This document shows positions 39,701-47,393 of a DNA stretch of 64,000 nt, piece by piece; position 1 is the first letter of the stretch; every line of letters begins with the position of its first letter. Where the stretch lies: positions 597-64,596 of the forward strand of contig JAJYOL010000005.1 of assembly GCA_021796225.1 (NCBI GenBank), written 5' to 3'. A program made the position numbers and the translations under genes. The notes under the pieces are model-generated. The model ran no database searches, was not told where the DNA came from, and saw nothing but the letters and a program-made list of their open reading frames with translations. Source of the DNA: Candidatus Micrarchaeota archaeon (GTDB taxonomy: Archaea > Micrarchaeota > Micrarchaeia > Micrarchaeales > CABMGC01).

Positions 39701-40116
39701 TTTGTTATTGTCAGGGTACCGTTAGTTATTGGTATGCTGTACATTTCAGGATTACTCGGAACAACGAAGGAAGGATTCGATGCTATTTCGTCCGCAAGGC
39801 TGAATGCCACCGCGGTAAGCACCTGTTTTGCTATGCTCGATGAAACAAATACTTCACCATTCTCAGTTACATTCAACGAATAGTACTCTATGGTACCGCT
39901 TTCCGGAAGCTGAAACGTATATGTGTAACCATTGCCTGCTTGAGCTGCGGTGTTAAGCTCGCTTGCTATATCCTGGGAAACGAGCTGCAAATGTGAATTC
40001 AACTGGTCATTGAGAACAGATGCACGTTGATTTGCTATGGTAACGAATATAACCGAAAAGAGTAAGATTACAAATGCGAATATCACCATATATTCCAATG
40101 CGATTTGTAACTTCAT
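36781..40116 (-). CDS. giant pilin-like adhesin: pilin N-terminus, LamG, Big_1 Ig-like domain, three further LamG domains
   Basis: MKLQIALEYMVIF; DGTPLSGALVGF...TNSSGIA invasin-type Ig motif; four LamG repeats. Confidence 0.82.
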   Translation of the reverse strand: MKLQIALEYMVIFAFVILLFSVIFVTIANQRASVLNDQLNSHLQLVSQDIASELNTAAQAGNGYTYTFQLPESGTIEYYSLNVTENGEVFVSSSIAKQVLTAVAFSLADEIASNPSFVVPSNPEMYSIPITNGTLTITNSNGNICIDYACPNLDNASGSISVSSKTYLAPAFNGNLGNINTTLTYPSNTLHENFSVSVWVYTAGPCQSSVYCGIISSNNGAYGWGLSASQTIADFWVDPSVAGTTGDMEFGIPNQKWTNIVVTYNGSGSSYLSNAYVNGVLVDANVLRSPVTLSLPHALQIGIDENNNTRVFNGSIANVQVYNSSLTSKQAATLYNNGIGGAPVSNSIIGWYPLNGNANDYTGVSSEGSVIGYVPFGSVAQVSALVKTRDGTPLSGALVGFTSSLGNFSSKGPYYSSKTNSSGIARAFLTQGKTDGYASVTATAFNGNLSNQKYLKLWVPLDANFGSKAYDISGNNNTGTIHNASWDNPSFTTQFNGYSSYVSIPSSNAQNVSYITMSAWIYLNSYLCPSDRGIILNKENSYEMGTTCSTGYLSSAISPNWAWYNSPMAIPLHTWTFVAVTWNGTHEKQYINGVLENNIVPANSNTMAHNAGCMKIGARGGCSAISSYFNGSISNVQLYNASLSSTQIMSLYKAGIGASPLVTTDIAAWYPLNGDAIDYSSYRNNGTGFYVSSSPFNPKQPVYGSMSLLTPQMNGVSKITVANNSALQPSGFVAVTLWENASVTQSSASPEYFAETPSGQNYGYLFGLHNGYLNFTVKESTNTWGSCSAQGAQYLFDGLNHMVAGIYNGSSISVYVDGQLEASHSCSDNAINYNSTSTAAIAGNFLGTLSNVQVYSSGINSKSIISEYLSGPSSFPQSQASLIGWWPLNGNTNDYSAYSDNGTATSLSYIDYNVTPKVLSNSYGSFGLNFNGANSNVSIPTSTSFAPNAFTVSAWIKWDGIRYPSSTGEDYAAVIAKGVFNSGEYTILMHRVNGSSDTTINLYINDALALSWANAEVDTQWNMVTATYNGTTAVLYYDGSEEKKRANFSTSLAYTSNPLTIGSESSGYHWGGSIADVLLYNTSLTHFQVQELYSSGMPPTQSEFIPMSWYP

Positions 40117-40123
40117 GCAAACA

Positions 40124-40594
40124 CTATACTACAGGGGACATATACACGCACGATACCTGTGGATATGTAGGGCACGACGAATAAGATGTCACGTTTACTA
40201 GATATGTACCGGTTGATGTGATGCCCCCAAGATTACCGGTAACGTTAATAGGGGTATATGAGGTTATGTAGCTTAATCCGCTTGGAGAGCTTATAACGAA
40301 TATTATTTCGTGGCCGACGCTGTTGTTCGGCGTTCCGAGATATATGTATCTTATTCCAGGAGGAACCGATAGCTGCACGACCTGTTTTGCAGGAGGACCT
40401 TCGCTGCCTACAAGAGTTGCAATGCTCGCGAGCTTTCCCGATGCCTGCTGTGCCTCTATTGCTGAAAGAGATGAATTGGCGCTTGAAACTTGTATGAATG
40501 CTATTGTCACTATCGGAAGCAAGATGGCTAAGCCTATGGTAAGTGTTATCAGAAGTTCGAAGCTCGCTTGTGCTTTATACCTCTTCATCCTCAT
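40124..40594 (-). CDS. pilin-like protein
   Basis: KAQASFELLITLTIGLAILL class III signal (Q+1, E+5); start 40594 or 40588. Confidence 0.78.
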   Translation of the reverse strand: MRMKRYKAQASFELLITLTIGLAILLPIVTIAFIQVSSANSSLSAIEAQQASGKLASIATLVGSEGPPAKQVVQLSVPPGIRYIYLGTPNNSVGHEIIFVISSPSGLSYITSYTPINVTGNLGGITSTGTYLVNVTSYSSCPTYPQVSCVYMSPVV

Positions 40595-41717
40595 AAGTTG
40601 CACCAGCCTCCTTCCTGGAAGTAACCGTAATGTCCTTCTCTTCCTCAATAAGCTTGTACAGCCTCGATTCCAGCAGCTTCAGTGTCTTGTCCAGCAGATA
40701 TCCGGATACCGCAACGTGCACAACACCGCGTTTGCCAAGGCCGATTCTCGCCTTGAGCTCGTACCCCTTGGTCTTTACACGTTTAACATTTATCGAGGCA
40801 TAATCAACGTCAAATTTTCCAAAGCGGTTTATTTTTGCAAGCGTCTTGGATATTGAATTGACAACGTCCTCGCGGTATTGTTCATCGCCTTTGCCAAGAC
40901 CCGTTAATATGATGTTATCCTCCTTTGACTGCCAGCCTTTGATTACACTCTCGAGTATGTCCCTTACTGAAATTATACCCACGGGTTTGTTCCTTCTCAT
41001 AACTACCAATGAGGAGATTTTGTTATTGACAAGCTGCCTTATCGCGCCGTCTATTTTTTCACCGTGATCTATTGTCATAAGACCCTTTTCACAAATATCG
41101 CCAACATTGCCTTCATTTACATCTTTGTATACTATCTCAGGCTTGCGCCCTTTCGTCTTTACCGTTGTGCGGGCTATGTTCCCATATGTCAGAAGACCGT
41201 AAAGCTTACCGTTCAAAAATACAGCCAGCCTGCTGACCCTGTTCTCGGACATCAGTTTGATTGCAGTTCTTATCCCAACGTTATAGTCTATTCCGACGAG
41301 CGGAGTAGACATTATCGAACTGACTTTTATTTTTGAAAGGAGATGCAATGACAGGATTGCCTTGAGCACTTCGTCCCTTTTGATAATTCCAGTTATCGCG
41401 CTGCCTTCAGCGTAAGGCAAGGTCTTACTTGAAGAATGATAGAAAAGATTTATCGCATCTGCAATAGACGACGTGCTTGCTATTACAGGAACCTTATGCG
41501 CAAACTTTCCGCTTGCAAATTTGTTGTCGACACGCAGGGAACCGCGTCTTACGAGCGTGCGGTGATCTATTATGCCGTAATATTGCTTATCTTTTGTTAT
41601 GACAACAGCGCCAAACTTGTTTATGTCACCGATGACACTCGTTATCGGAACTTTTTGGTCGTAAGTAGCAGTTTTTGCAACAAATTCTTCGGGTATATTT
41701 TCGAACACTTCGCGCAT
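40575..41717 (-). CDS. four-CBS-domain protein with C-terminal HPF/RaiA-like domain (putative ribosome hibernation factor)
   Basis: Two CBS pairs (IMSTP, GIISVRDIL); C-terminal NIILTGL...INVK...YELKARI...LESRLYK beta-alpha-beta-beta-beta-alpha pattern. Confidence 0.75.
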   Translation of the reverse strand: MREVFENIPEEFVAKTATYDQKVPITSVIGDINKFGAVVITKDKQYYGIIDHRTLVRRGSLRVDNKFASGKFAHKVPVIASTSSIADAINLFYHSSSKTLPYAEGSAITGIIKRDEVLKAILSLHLLSKIKVSSIMSTPLVGIDYNVGIRTAIKLMSENRVSRLAVFLNGKLYGLLTYGNIARTTVKTKGRKPEIVYKDVNEGNVGDICEKGLMTIDHGEKIDGAIRQLVNNKISSLVVMRRNKPVGIISVRDILESVIKGWQSKEDNIILTGLGKGDEQYREDVVNSISKTLAKINRFGKFDVDYASINVKRVKTKGYELKARIGLGKRGVVHVAVSGYLLDKTLKLLESRLYKLIEEEKDITVTSRKEAGATYEDEEV

Positions 41718-41805
41718 GGAATCAGTAAACTTATAATGTTACGCATATATTTAAATACGGAACTATAATTTTAAGTCTCAAAACAGTATAATATCTCGAT
41801 AAAAT

Positions 41806-41876
41806 GCCGGGATGGCAGATTGGCTATGCGTCCGCCTGCAGAGCGGAACAGGGGGGTTCAATTCCCTCTCCCGGCT
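41806..41876 (+). tRNA. tRNA-Cys(GCA)
   Basis: Acceptor stem GCCGGGA/TCCCGGC, anticodon arm TCCGC-CTGCAGA-GCGGA, U discriminator. Confidence 0.95.
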
Positions 41877-41912
41877 TTCAGTTTCAAGTTCTGCTTTGTT
41901 GGGCATGTTATA

Positions 41913-41990
41913 GTTAGGTATACATTATTTGACGTTCTTGTATGCCTAACCGGTTAGGTAGACATATTTAAATGTTGGTGTCTACCTAAT
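41913..41990. promoter_or_regulatory. four-box operator upstream of fic, overlapping the TATA box
   Basis: GTTAGGTATACA-14nt-TGTATGCCTAAC and GTTAGGTAGACA-14nt-TGTCTACCTAAT; the second spacer contains TATTTAAA. Confidence 0.75.
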
Positions 41991-41996
41991 AATAGT

Positions 41997-42941
41997 ATGG
42001 CATTGATTATAAAAACCATCAAAGGAAGGCATTACTATTATTCATTTCTAAGTTATCGCTTATTAGCTAATCCAAAGAGTTTTAGCAGATACATTGGAAT
42101 AATAAGACCGTCAAAGGGCAGGTTGGAGCAAGTGGAAAATAAATTTAAGGATGATTTGATTCTGCGGCTCTACGGCAAGAGTTATTCCTCAGAACTTATC
42201 TCTAAAGACGATGTTATCAAAACCATGCTGTTTAGTCAATTATTTGCCAAGAAGTATAAGTCACTTAAAGAATCGTTCAAAAGAAAATATGACATTGATA
42301 GGACAGTATCATTTGTGCTAACCACTCTGACAACAGAGGAGGTAGAGGTAGATTTAGCAGACGTTCGGAATGCCGTTATGAAGAATTCAGGGTTAACAGA
42401 ACGTGAACGAATAAGCAAAAACATGCTCCAGGCGGTTGCTTCTATAAAAGAGCACCATAAGTTGAATATGAAATACATACTCAAGCTTCATGGCACAATA
42501 ATGGCATCCTTCAAAGACAAAAAACCAGGCAGGCTTAGGCAGCAGCAGGTATATCTAAAACGCAAAGGAGAACGGGCGTTCGGAGGCATAGAATTATCGT
42601 ATAGACCCCCAGATTATACTAAACTTGTAGGATTACTTACAGGATTTCTCGAATGGTACGATACAAGCACCCTTAACCCTATAGAAAAAGCCGCAATGGC
42701 TCATTATAAGTTTTACCGAATCCATCCCTTTCTTGACGGAAATAAACGCATCTGCAGACTCATATTTAACAAGATATTAATCGATGGCGGATTCCCATTG
42801 GTTAACTTATCGAAGAACAAAGAAGACTATTTTGAGACATTAGCAACTTCTGTAGAGAAAGGTGCCCCCGAAACGTTTGTCAGGTTCTGCCTTGAACAAT
42901 ATTATGTGCAAGTTAAAGAGTTTCTAAAGGATCAAGAATAA
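41997..42941 (+). CDS. Fic family protein
   Basis: HPFLDGNKRICR Fic motif; LHGTIM, PGRLR; basic N-terminal KTIKGRHYYY segment. Confidence 0.92.
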   Translation: MALIIKTIKGRHYYYSFLSYRLLANPKSFSRYIGIIRPSKGRLEQVENKFKDDLILRLYGKSYSSELISKDDVIKTMLFSQLFAKKYKSLKESFKRKYDIDRTVSFVLTTLTTEEVEVDLADVRNAVMKNSGLTERERISKNMLQAVASIKEHHKLNMKYILKLHGTIMASFKDKKPGRLRQQQVYLKRKGERAFGGIELSYRPPDYTKLVGLLTGFLEWYDTSTLNPIEKAAMAHYKFYRIHPFLDGNKRICRLIFNKILIDGGFPLVNLSKNKEDYFETLATSVEKGAPETFVRFCLEQYYVQVKEFLKDQE

Positions 42942-43055
42942 CAAATGCTATAGCATTATAAAAAATTTCATTATTTACGAATGCACATTCTGAAGGTATC
43001 TCCCCGCTCCCGGCTTTCAAAATGAAACTGCAAAGAACGGGATAATTATATAAGC

Positions 43056-43937
43056 ATGCAGATGAAGAGGTCATTGTATAACATGATGATTATCGTTTAT
43101 TTCATCGCGCTCGTGCTTACGGGACTTGCGGCAGGAGTAGTCGGGTCCATGAGCGGGCTTGGCGGAGGCCTTATAGTGATTCCCGCGCTAACGCTCCTAT
43201 TTGGAATACCGTTAGAATATGCTGCGGGAGCGAGCCTTGTCGCAACGATAGCCACGTCGAGTGGCGCTGCAAGTGCATACGTGAAGGAAAAGATCACGAA
43301 CGTTAGAATAGGAATGTCGCTGGAGGTGGCCACCACACTCGGTGCAATAGCGGGATCCCTGCTCGCCGCGTATATCTACGCTCACGGAGTGGAACGAGTG
43401 CTTTTCGTGCTGTTCGGCATCGTCATGTTCCTTTCCCTTTATCCATCGGTAAGGGAATTCAGAAAAGCACGCCTCCGCAAAATGAATAGGGACTGGAGCA
43501 CGGATTTCTTCCAGCTATATGGAAAATATTACGACAAGGCTAAACGTGAAGAGATAAAATACTCAGGATGCAACTGGCCGTTGGGAGAAGCGATAATGGG
43601 AATAGCAGGGATAATGTCCGGGCTCTTGGGGATAGGCTCGGGAGTGCTCAAGGTCATGGGAATGGACTTCGGGATGAAATTGCCTGTAAAAGTCACAACC
43701 ACGACAAGCAATTTTATGATAGGAGTGACCGCTGCAACGGGAAGCGCGGTGTACTGGGCTCTGGGATACATACAGCCGTTCGTAGTTGCACCCATAGTCG
43801 CGGGTATATTGATAGGGGCATATTTCGGTTCAAAACTACTCCAGAAGGCTAAAGGCAAGAGCATACGCATGCTCTTCATCACGATGCTATGCGTAATAGG
43901 AATAGAAATGATATTCAGAGGATTAGGTGTTGCATGA
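43056..43937 (+). CDS. TauE/SafE (TSUP) sulfite exporter family
   Basis: GLGGGLIVIP, ATSSGAA, GLLGIGSG, TTTSNFMIGVT; start may be 43083. Confidence 0.9.
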   Translation: MQMKRSLYNMMIIVYFIALVLTGLAAGVVGSMSGLGGGLIVIPALTLLFGIPLEYAAGASLVATIATSSGAASAYVKEKITNVRIGMSLEVATTLGAIAGSLLAAYIYAHGVERVLFVLFGIVMFLSLYPSVREFRKARLRKMNRDWSTDFFQLYGKYYDKAKREEIKYSGCNWPLGEAIMGIAGIMSGLLGIGSGVLKVMGMDFGMKLPVKVTTTTSNFMIGVTAATGSAVYWALGYIQPFVVAPIVAGILIGAYFGSKLLQKAKGKSIRMLFITMLCVIGIEMIFRGLGVA

Positions 43938-44320
43938 TGGATATGGATTACATAATATCGGAAGTGCTGCGGATAGGAACCGCGGCAAGCCTTATCCTGA
44001 TACTCGGCGGAGCCATATTGCTTTTCATGAACGGAGGAAGCGACGGCTTCACGATTGCGCAGATTGCCGCAAGCAATTCATCAATCAATACGTCAGGATT
44101 TACGATTCACGGCATGATGAACGGCATACGCGAATACCAGGGCTTGGATATAATCCTTGTAGGTATAGTGGTCCTCATAGCCACCCCCATAGTCAGAGTG
44201 CTCATGTCCATATTTCTCTTCATGTTTGAAAAAAACAGGCTCTACACCGCGATAACACTTATAGTATTTATTGATCTGATGGTAGCCGTGTTTGTGATTC
44301 CGCATCTGATTGCACATTGA
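43934..44320 (+). CDS. DUF1634 membrane protein
   Basis: ISEVLRIG...LIATPIVRV; typical TSUP partner; ATGA overlap. Confidence 0.85.
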   Translation: MMDMDYIISEVLRIGTAASLILILGGAILLFMNGGSDGFTIAQIAASNSSINTSGFTIHGMMNGIREYQGLDIILVGIVVLIATPIVRVLMSIFLFMFEKNRLYTAITLIVFIDLMVAVFVIPHLIAH

Positions 44321-44395
44321 TGCGCCGCATTCTGCAAGAGCGATGACTTCGGGAAGATTTTTTAATTTGGCGTGACAAACAGGAAATGCGATACT

Positions 44396-44728
44396 ATGGA
44401 TGATTTCGAACTTGATAATGCTATCGATTCACTTGAAGCACTGGAAGCACGGGAGAAAGGCGGCACCGTTGTTGAAAGCGGAAGGAAGAAGCAGATAGGC
44501 GTAGTCGAGGATTTTTTTGAGAGGATAAGCGTTGCAGCAATATCGCTTACGGAAAGGCTCGAAGTCGGAGACATAATAGAAATAGGGGATGAGGAAGACG
44601 CCGTGCGCATGCGGGTTCAAAGCATGCAAATAGACAGGGAGGATGTGATGTCTGCGGAAAGCGGCGATTCGGTCGGGATAAAAACAAAACATAGGGTAAG
44701 CAGCGGATCAGCAGTATGGAAAATCTGA
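44396..44728 (+). CDS. small translation-factor-like beta-barrel protein (EF-Tu domain II / U32 C-terminal-like)
   Basis: IGVVEDFFERISVAAI.L...LEVGD.I...VQSMQI...A..GDSVGIK. Confidence 0.75.
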   Translation: MDDFELDNAIDSLEALEAREKGGTVVESGRKKQIGVVEDFFERISVAAISLTERLEVGDIIEIGDEEDAVRMRVQSMQIDREDVMSAESGDSVGIKTKHRVSSGSAVWKI

Positions 44729-44752
44729 TTTTGCAGGGTATTGATTCCCGCA

Positions 44753-45250
44753 TTATGATATGAAACAGCGGGAATATGCTTCCGGAAGGTTAGGGGTCGT
44801 ATCATAATTGCCGAATTCTTCAGGGTTTATCCATTTGTATTCGGTATTCTCGAAATCGAGTTTTATTTCAGGAAGCTTCTTCAGTGTTATGAGTGCGGGA
44901 CATGTGATCCATATCTTGCTCAAATCTGAATCGGTCTGTATGTACGGCCTGCCGCAAGTGGCGCCTTCCACATCGTCATGACTAAGGCCTATTTCCTCAC
45001 ATACTTCGTCTATCGCCTTTGAACTTATCGGGCCGGGAACATCAAGAAATCCGGAAACGGCATTCCATTTTCCGCGGTAATTTTCCACGTCGTGGCTGCG
45101 CTTCAGGAGAAGCACCTTGTCGGAATATTTTACGAATGCTATCACTATCGGCGCTATGTCCGCATTGGTATAATTTATTCTGCCGTCTTCGAACCGTGGA
45201 AGTACCTTTGACAGCGAAATGATAAGCTCCTGAACGTCAGCCTCTTCCAT
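44753..45250 (-). CDS. NUDIX hydrolase
   Basis: VLLLKRS, GKWNAVSG, EVCEEIG, ENTEYKW. Confidence 0.85.
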   Translation of the reverse strand: MEEADVQELIISLSKVLPRFEDGRINYTNADIAPIVIAFVKYSDKVLLLKRSHDVENYRGKWNAVSGFLDVPGPISSKAIDEVCEEIGLSHDDVEGATCGRPYIQTDSDLSKIWITCPALITLKKLPEIKLDFENTEYKWINPEEFGNYDTTPNLPEAYSRCFIS

Positions 45251-45301
45251 AACGTCATTATTGTCTTTGTTACCTTAAATAGTTTTGCAAATATGCCGTA
45301 T

Positions 45302-45745
45302 TTACACATCGACGACGATGGTTGCGGAATATCCGCTGCTTGTTTTTTTAACCGAAAGGTTGTGCGGTGTCACGGCCTTTACGGAAAGAAGCGCGAAATC
45401 GCCGTTGATTTTTTTTGTAAACAGTTTTGCCGTTATGTGAAATTTACCATTTTTCTGCCTTTTCAATGCCACAACCCTGAACGAATATGCGTTCAGCTTC
45501 TCTGCATCGATAGTTGACAGCACCTTCTGCAGGGTAAACCAGACAAGATCTTCGAGCGAATCGGCTGATTCCGATATACGAACATGGGAACTTTTGGATT
45601 TTGATTTTTTTATGAGCTTGATGTCAAGCATGAGTTCGAGAAGCGCAAGTGCAGCGTTGTTTATGAGGGATTTCTCCGATTTGCCATATGCGATAAATGA
45701 AGCATCCGCAGTGTGCGGGAGATATCTGAACCGAGGTGTTTTCAT
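45302..45745 (-). CDS. archease
   Basis: FRYLPHTAD, VKAVTPH, C-terminal VDV. Confidence 0.92.
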   Translation of the reverse strand: MKTPRFRYLPHTADASFIAYGKSEKSLINNAALALLELMLDIKLIKKSKSKSSHVRISESADSLEDLVWFTLQKVLSTIDAEKLNAYSFRVVALKRQKNGKFHITAKLFTKKINGDFALLSVKAVTPHNLSVKKTSSGYSATIVVDV

Positions 45746-45830
45746 GAATTACGCCTTGTCTAAGCAAGATTATTAAACTTAACAAATTAATAACAGATTG
45801 CCCCGTGAAGACAAGAGTAACTACTGATAT

Positions 45831-47393
45831 ATGATGAAGTCCATATCGGCTGAGGGCAATGGTGTTTTGATGCTTTACAACAGGAAAGCCTGGATTGTGC
45901 TTTTTGCTTTGCTCATTACCGCCGCACTTGCGAATTCCTTTTACATAACGCCGATGACCATAAGCGATTCGGATTTTACCACGTATATAGGCGTCGCGGT
46001 GATAATGCTTCCGCTGCTGGCATTCTTCATGCTTAAAGAGGACATAATCCCGAAAGTCGGCAGAAAGGACATTGTTGCAGGTGTATTGTTTTTTGCAGTA
46101 TTGATTGCAATAACAGTGGTGCTGCGCGAGTCCCTTTCGTATCTCTTCCTGGATATGCGGCTTGATATGCTCTTTTTCCCGCTCCTGATATTGTCACTCG
46201 TATCATTGCTTTTCGGATTTTCCAATATTAACAGGTTCAAGTGGATCATAGTATATTCCATTTTCGCTTCCCCCATAGTGCTTCTTTGGCTCAGTGCGGC
46301 GAATTCCGGATTCGTGTATGCAAATGCTCTCGTAATATTCGAGGCGTCCAGATTTTATTTCCATGGTGCAACATTCCTCGCACCTATGACAATAATCGCA
46401 AATGGATATAGAGTAGGCATCGGTGAGACATGCATAGGCATCGGAGTGTTGATAGGCATTATAATGTTTCTTGCGCCTCTCGCGTACCTTTTTGATGGAA
46501 ACAGGCTTGACAAGGCCAAATGGGTAATGAGCGGTTTCTTCCTCGTATTGCTGTTGAACCTTGCAAGAATGCTTTCCATATCCATTGCATGGCTTCTGTG
46601 GGGGCCTAACAGTGCCGTTTTGATAATCCATGAATTTGCAGGAGAGCTTTTGTTTTACATATCGATAGCGGCGATGGTGCTTCTGGCAGGAACTTTCGGA
46701 TTGAAGTTTCCAAAAGGTGCCGTGAAAAGCATAAAACATCGGAGAAGTGTCGATATCTTGGGAAAGGCAGGCATTGCAGTGGCGGTGCTCTTCGTAGCAT
46801 TATATTTCGTATTTACATACGGTTACGATTCGGTCGGACTGATATCTTCGGCATCGTTGCATAACACGGCACCGTTCAATGCAAGCATGGCATACGGCAT
46901 TGCAGAAAGCATATCCAACCATACGGGATTTCATACTGAAATATCCACAGACACGCAGGTTAACAGGATAGAAATGCAGATGGTCAATGCGACATTCAAT
47001 CAGACATATCCCATAGAAATCCTAATTATGGGGTACAACGCAAGCGAAACGGAAGGGCTTGTTTCAAAGAACGCATTCATAGGAGAACGCAACTTCGTTG
47101 ACAATCTTAGCCGCATAAACAGCGTTTATTATCTGGGATCCAACGGACAAGGGTATCTGGTCTATAATTCGCGCATTCCGTATGAATATCAAAATCAAAG
47201 TTATACCGACGTCGGCATTTATGCGGTAATGCCTGCAGCACTGGTAAGCGGAGGAACCATAAATTGTATTAGTGGCTACGATGCGGCGTTCTCGCAGATA
47301 CTCAATGCGATGAATCCGCATGCCTACAACGAAAGCGCGAATTTGAAAATCGACAATGCGTATTGCATGTTGCACAATCTGGTAAGCACATGA
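45831..47393 (+). CDS. exosortase/archaeosortase family protein with C-terminal extracellular domain
   Basis: Multi-TM; ETCIG (Cys), NLARM (Arg), IIHEFAG (His); hydrophilic C-terminal domain rich in N-x-S/T; start may be 45870. Confidence 0.75.
   Translation: MMKSISAEGNGVLMLYNRKAWIVLFALLITAALANSFYITPMTISDSDFTTYIGVAVIMLPLLAFFMLKEDIIPKVGRKDIVAGVLFFAVLIAITVVLRESLSYLFLDMRLDMLFFPLLILSLVSLLFGFSNINRFKWIIVYSIFASPIVLLWLSAANSGFVYANALVIFEASRFYFHGATFLAPMTIIANGYRVGIGETCIGIGVLIGIIMFLAPLAYLFDGNRLDKAKWVMSGFFLVLLLNLARMLSISIAWLLWGPNSAVLIIHEFAGELLFYISIAAMVLLAGTFGLKFPKGAVKSIKHRRSVDILGKAGIAVAVLFVALYFVFTYGYDSVGLISSASLHNTAPFNASMAYGIAESISNHTGFHTEISTDTQVNRIEMQMVNATFNQTYPIEILIMGYNASETEGLVSKNAFIGERNFVDNLSRINSVYYLGSNGQGYLVYNSRIPYEYQNQSYTDVGIYAVMPAALVSGGTINCISGYDAAFSQILNAMNPHAYNESANLKIDNAYCMLHNLVST

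Larger units (their letters stand above)
41868..43019. mobile_element. 1.1-kb islet integrated at the tRNA-Cys 3' end, carrying only a Fic gene
   Basis: CTCCCGGCTTTCA at 41868-41880 repeated at 43007-43019 (16/17 when extended); enclosed DNA is AT-rich; no integrase. Confidence 0.7.
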
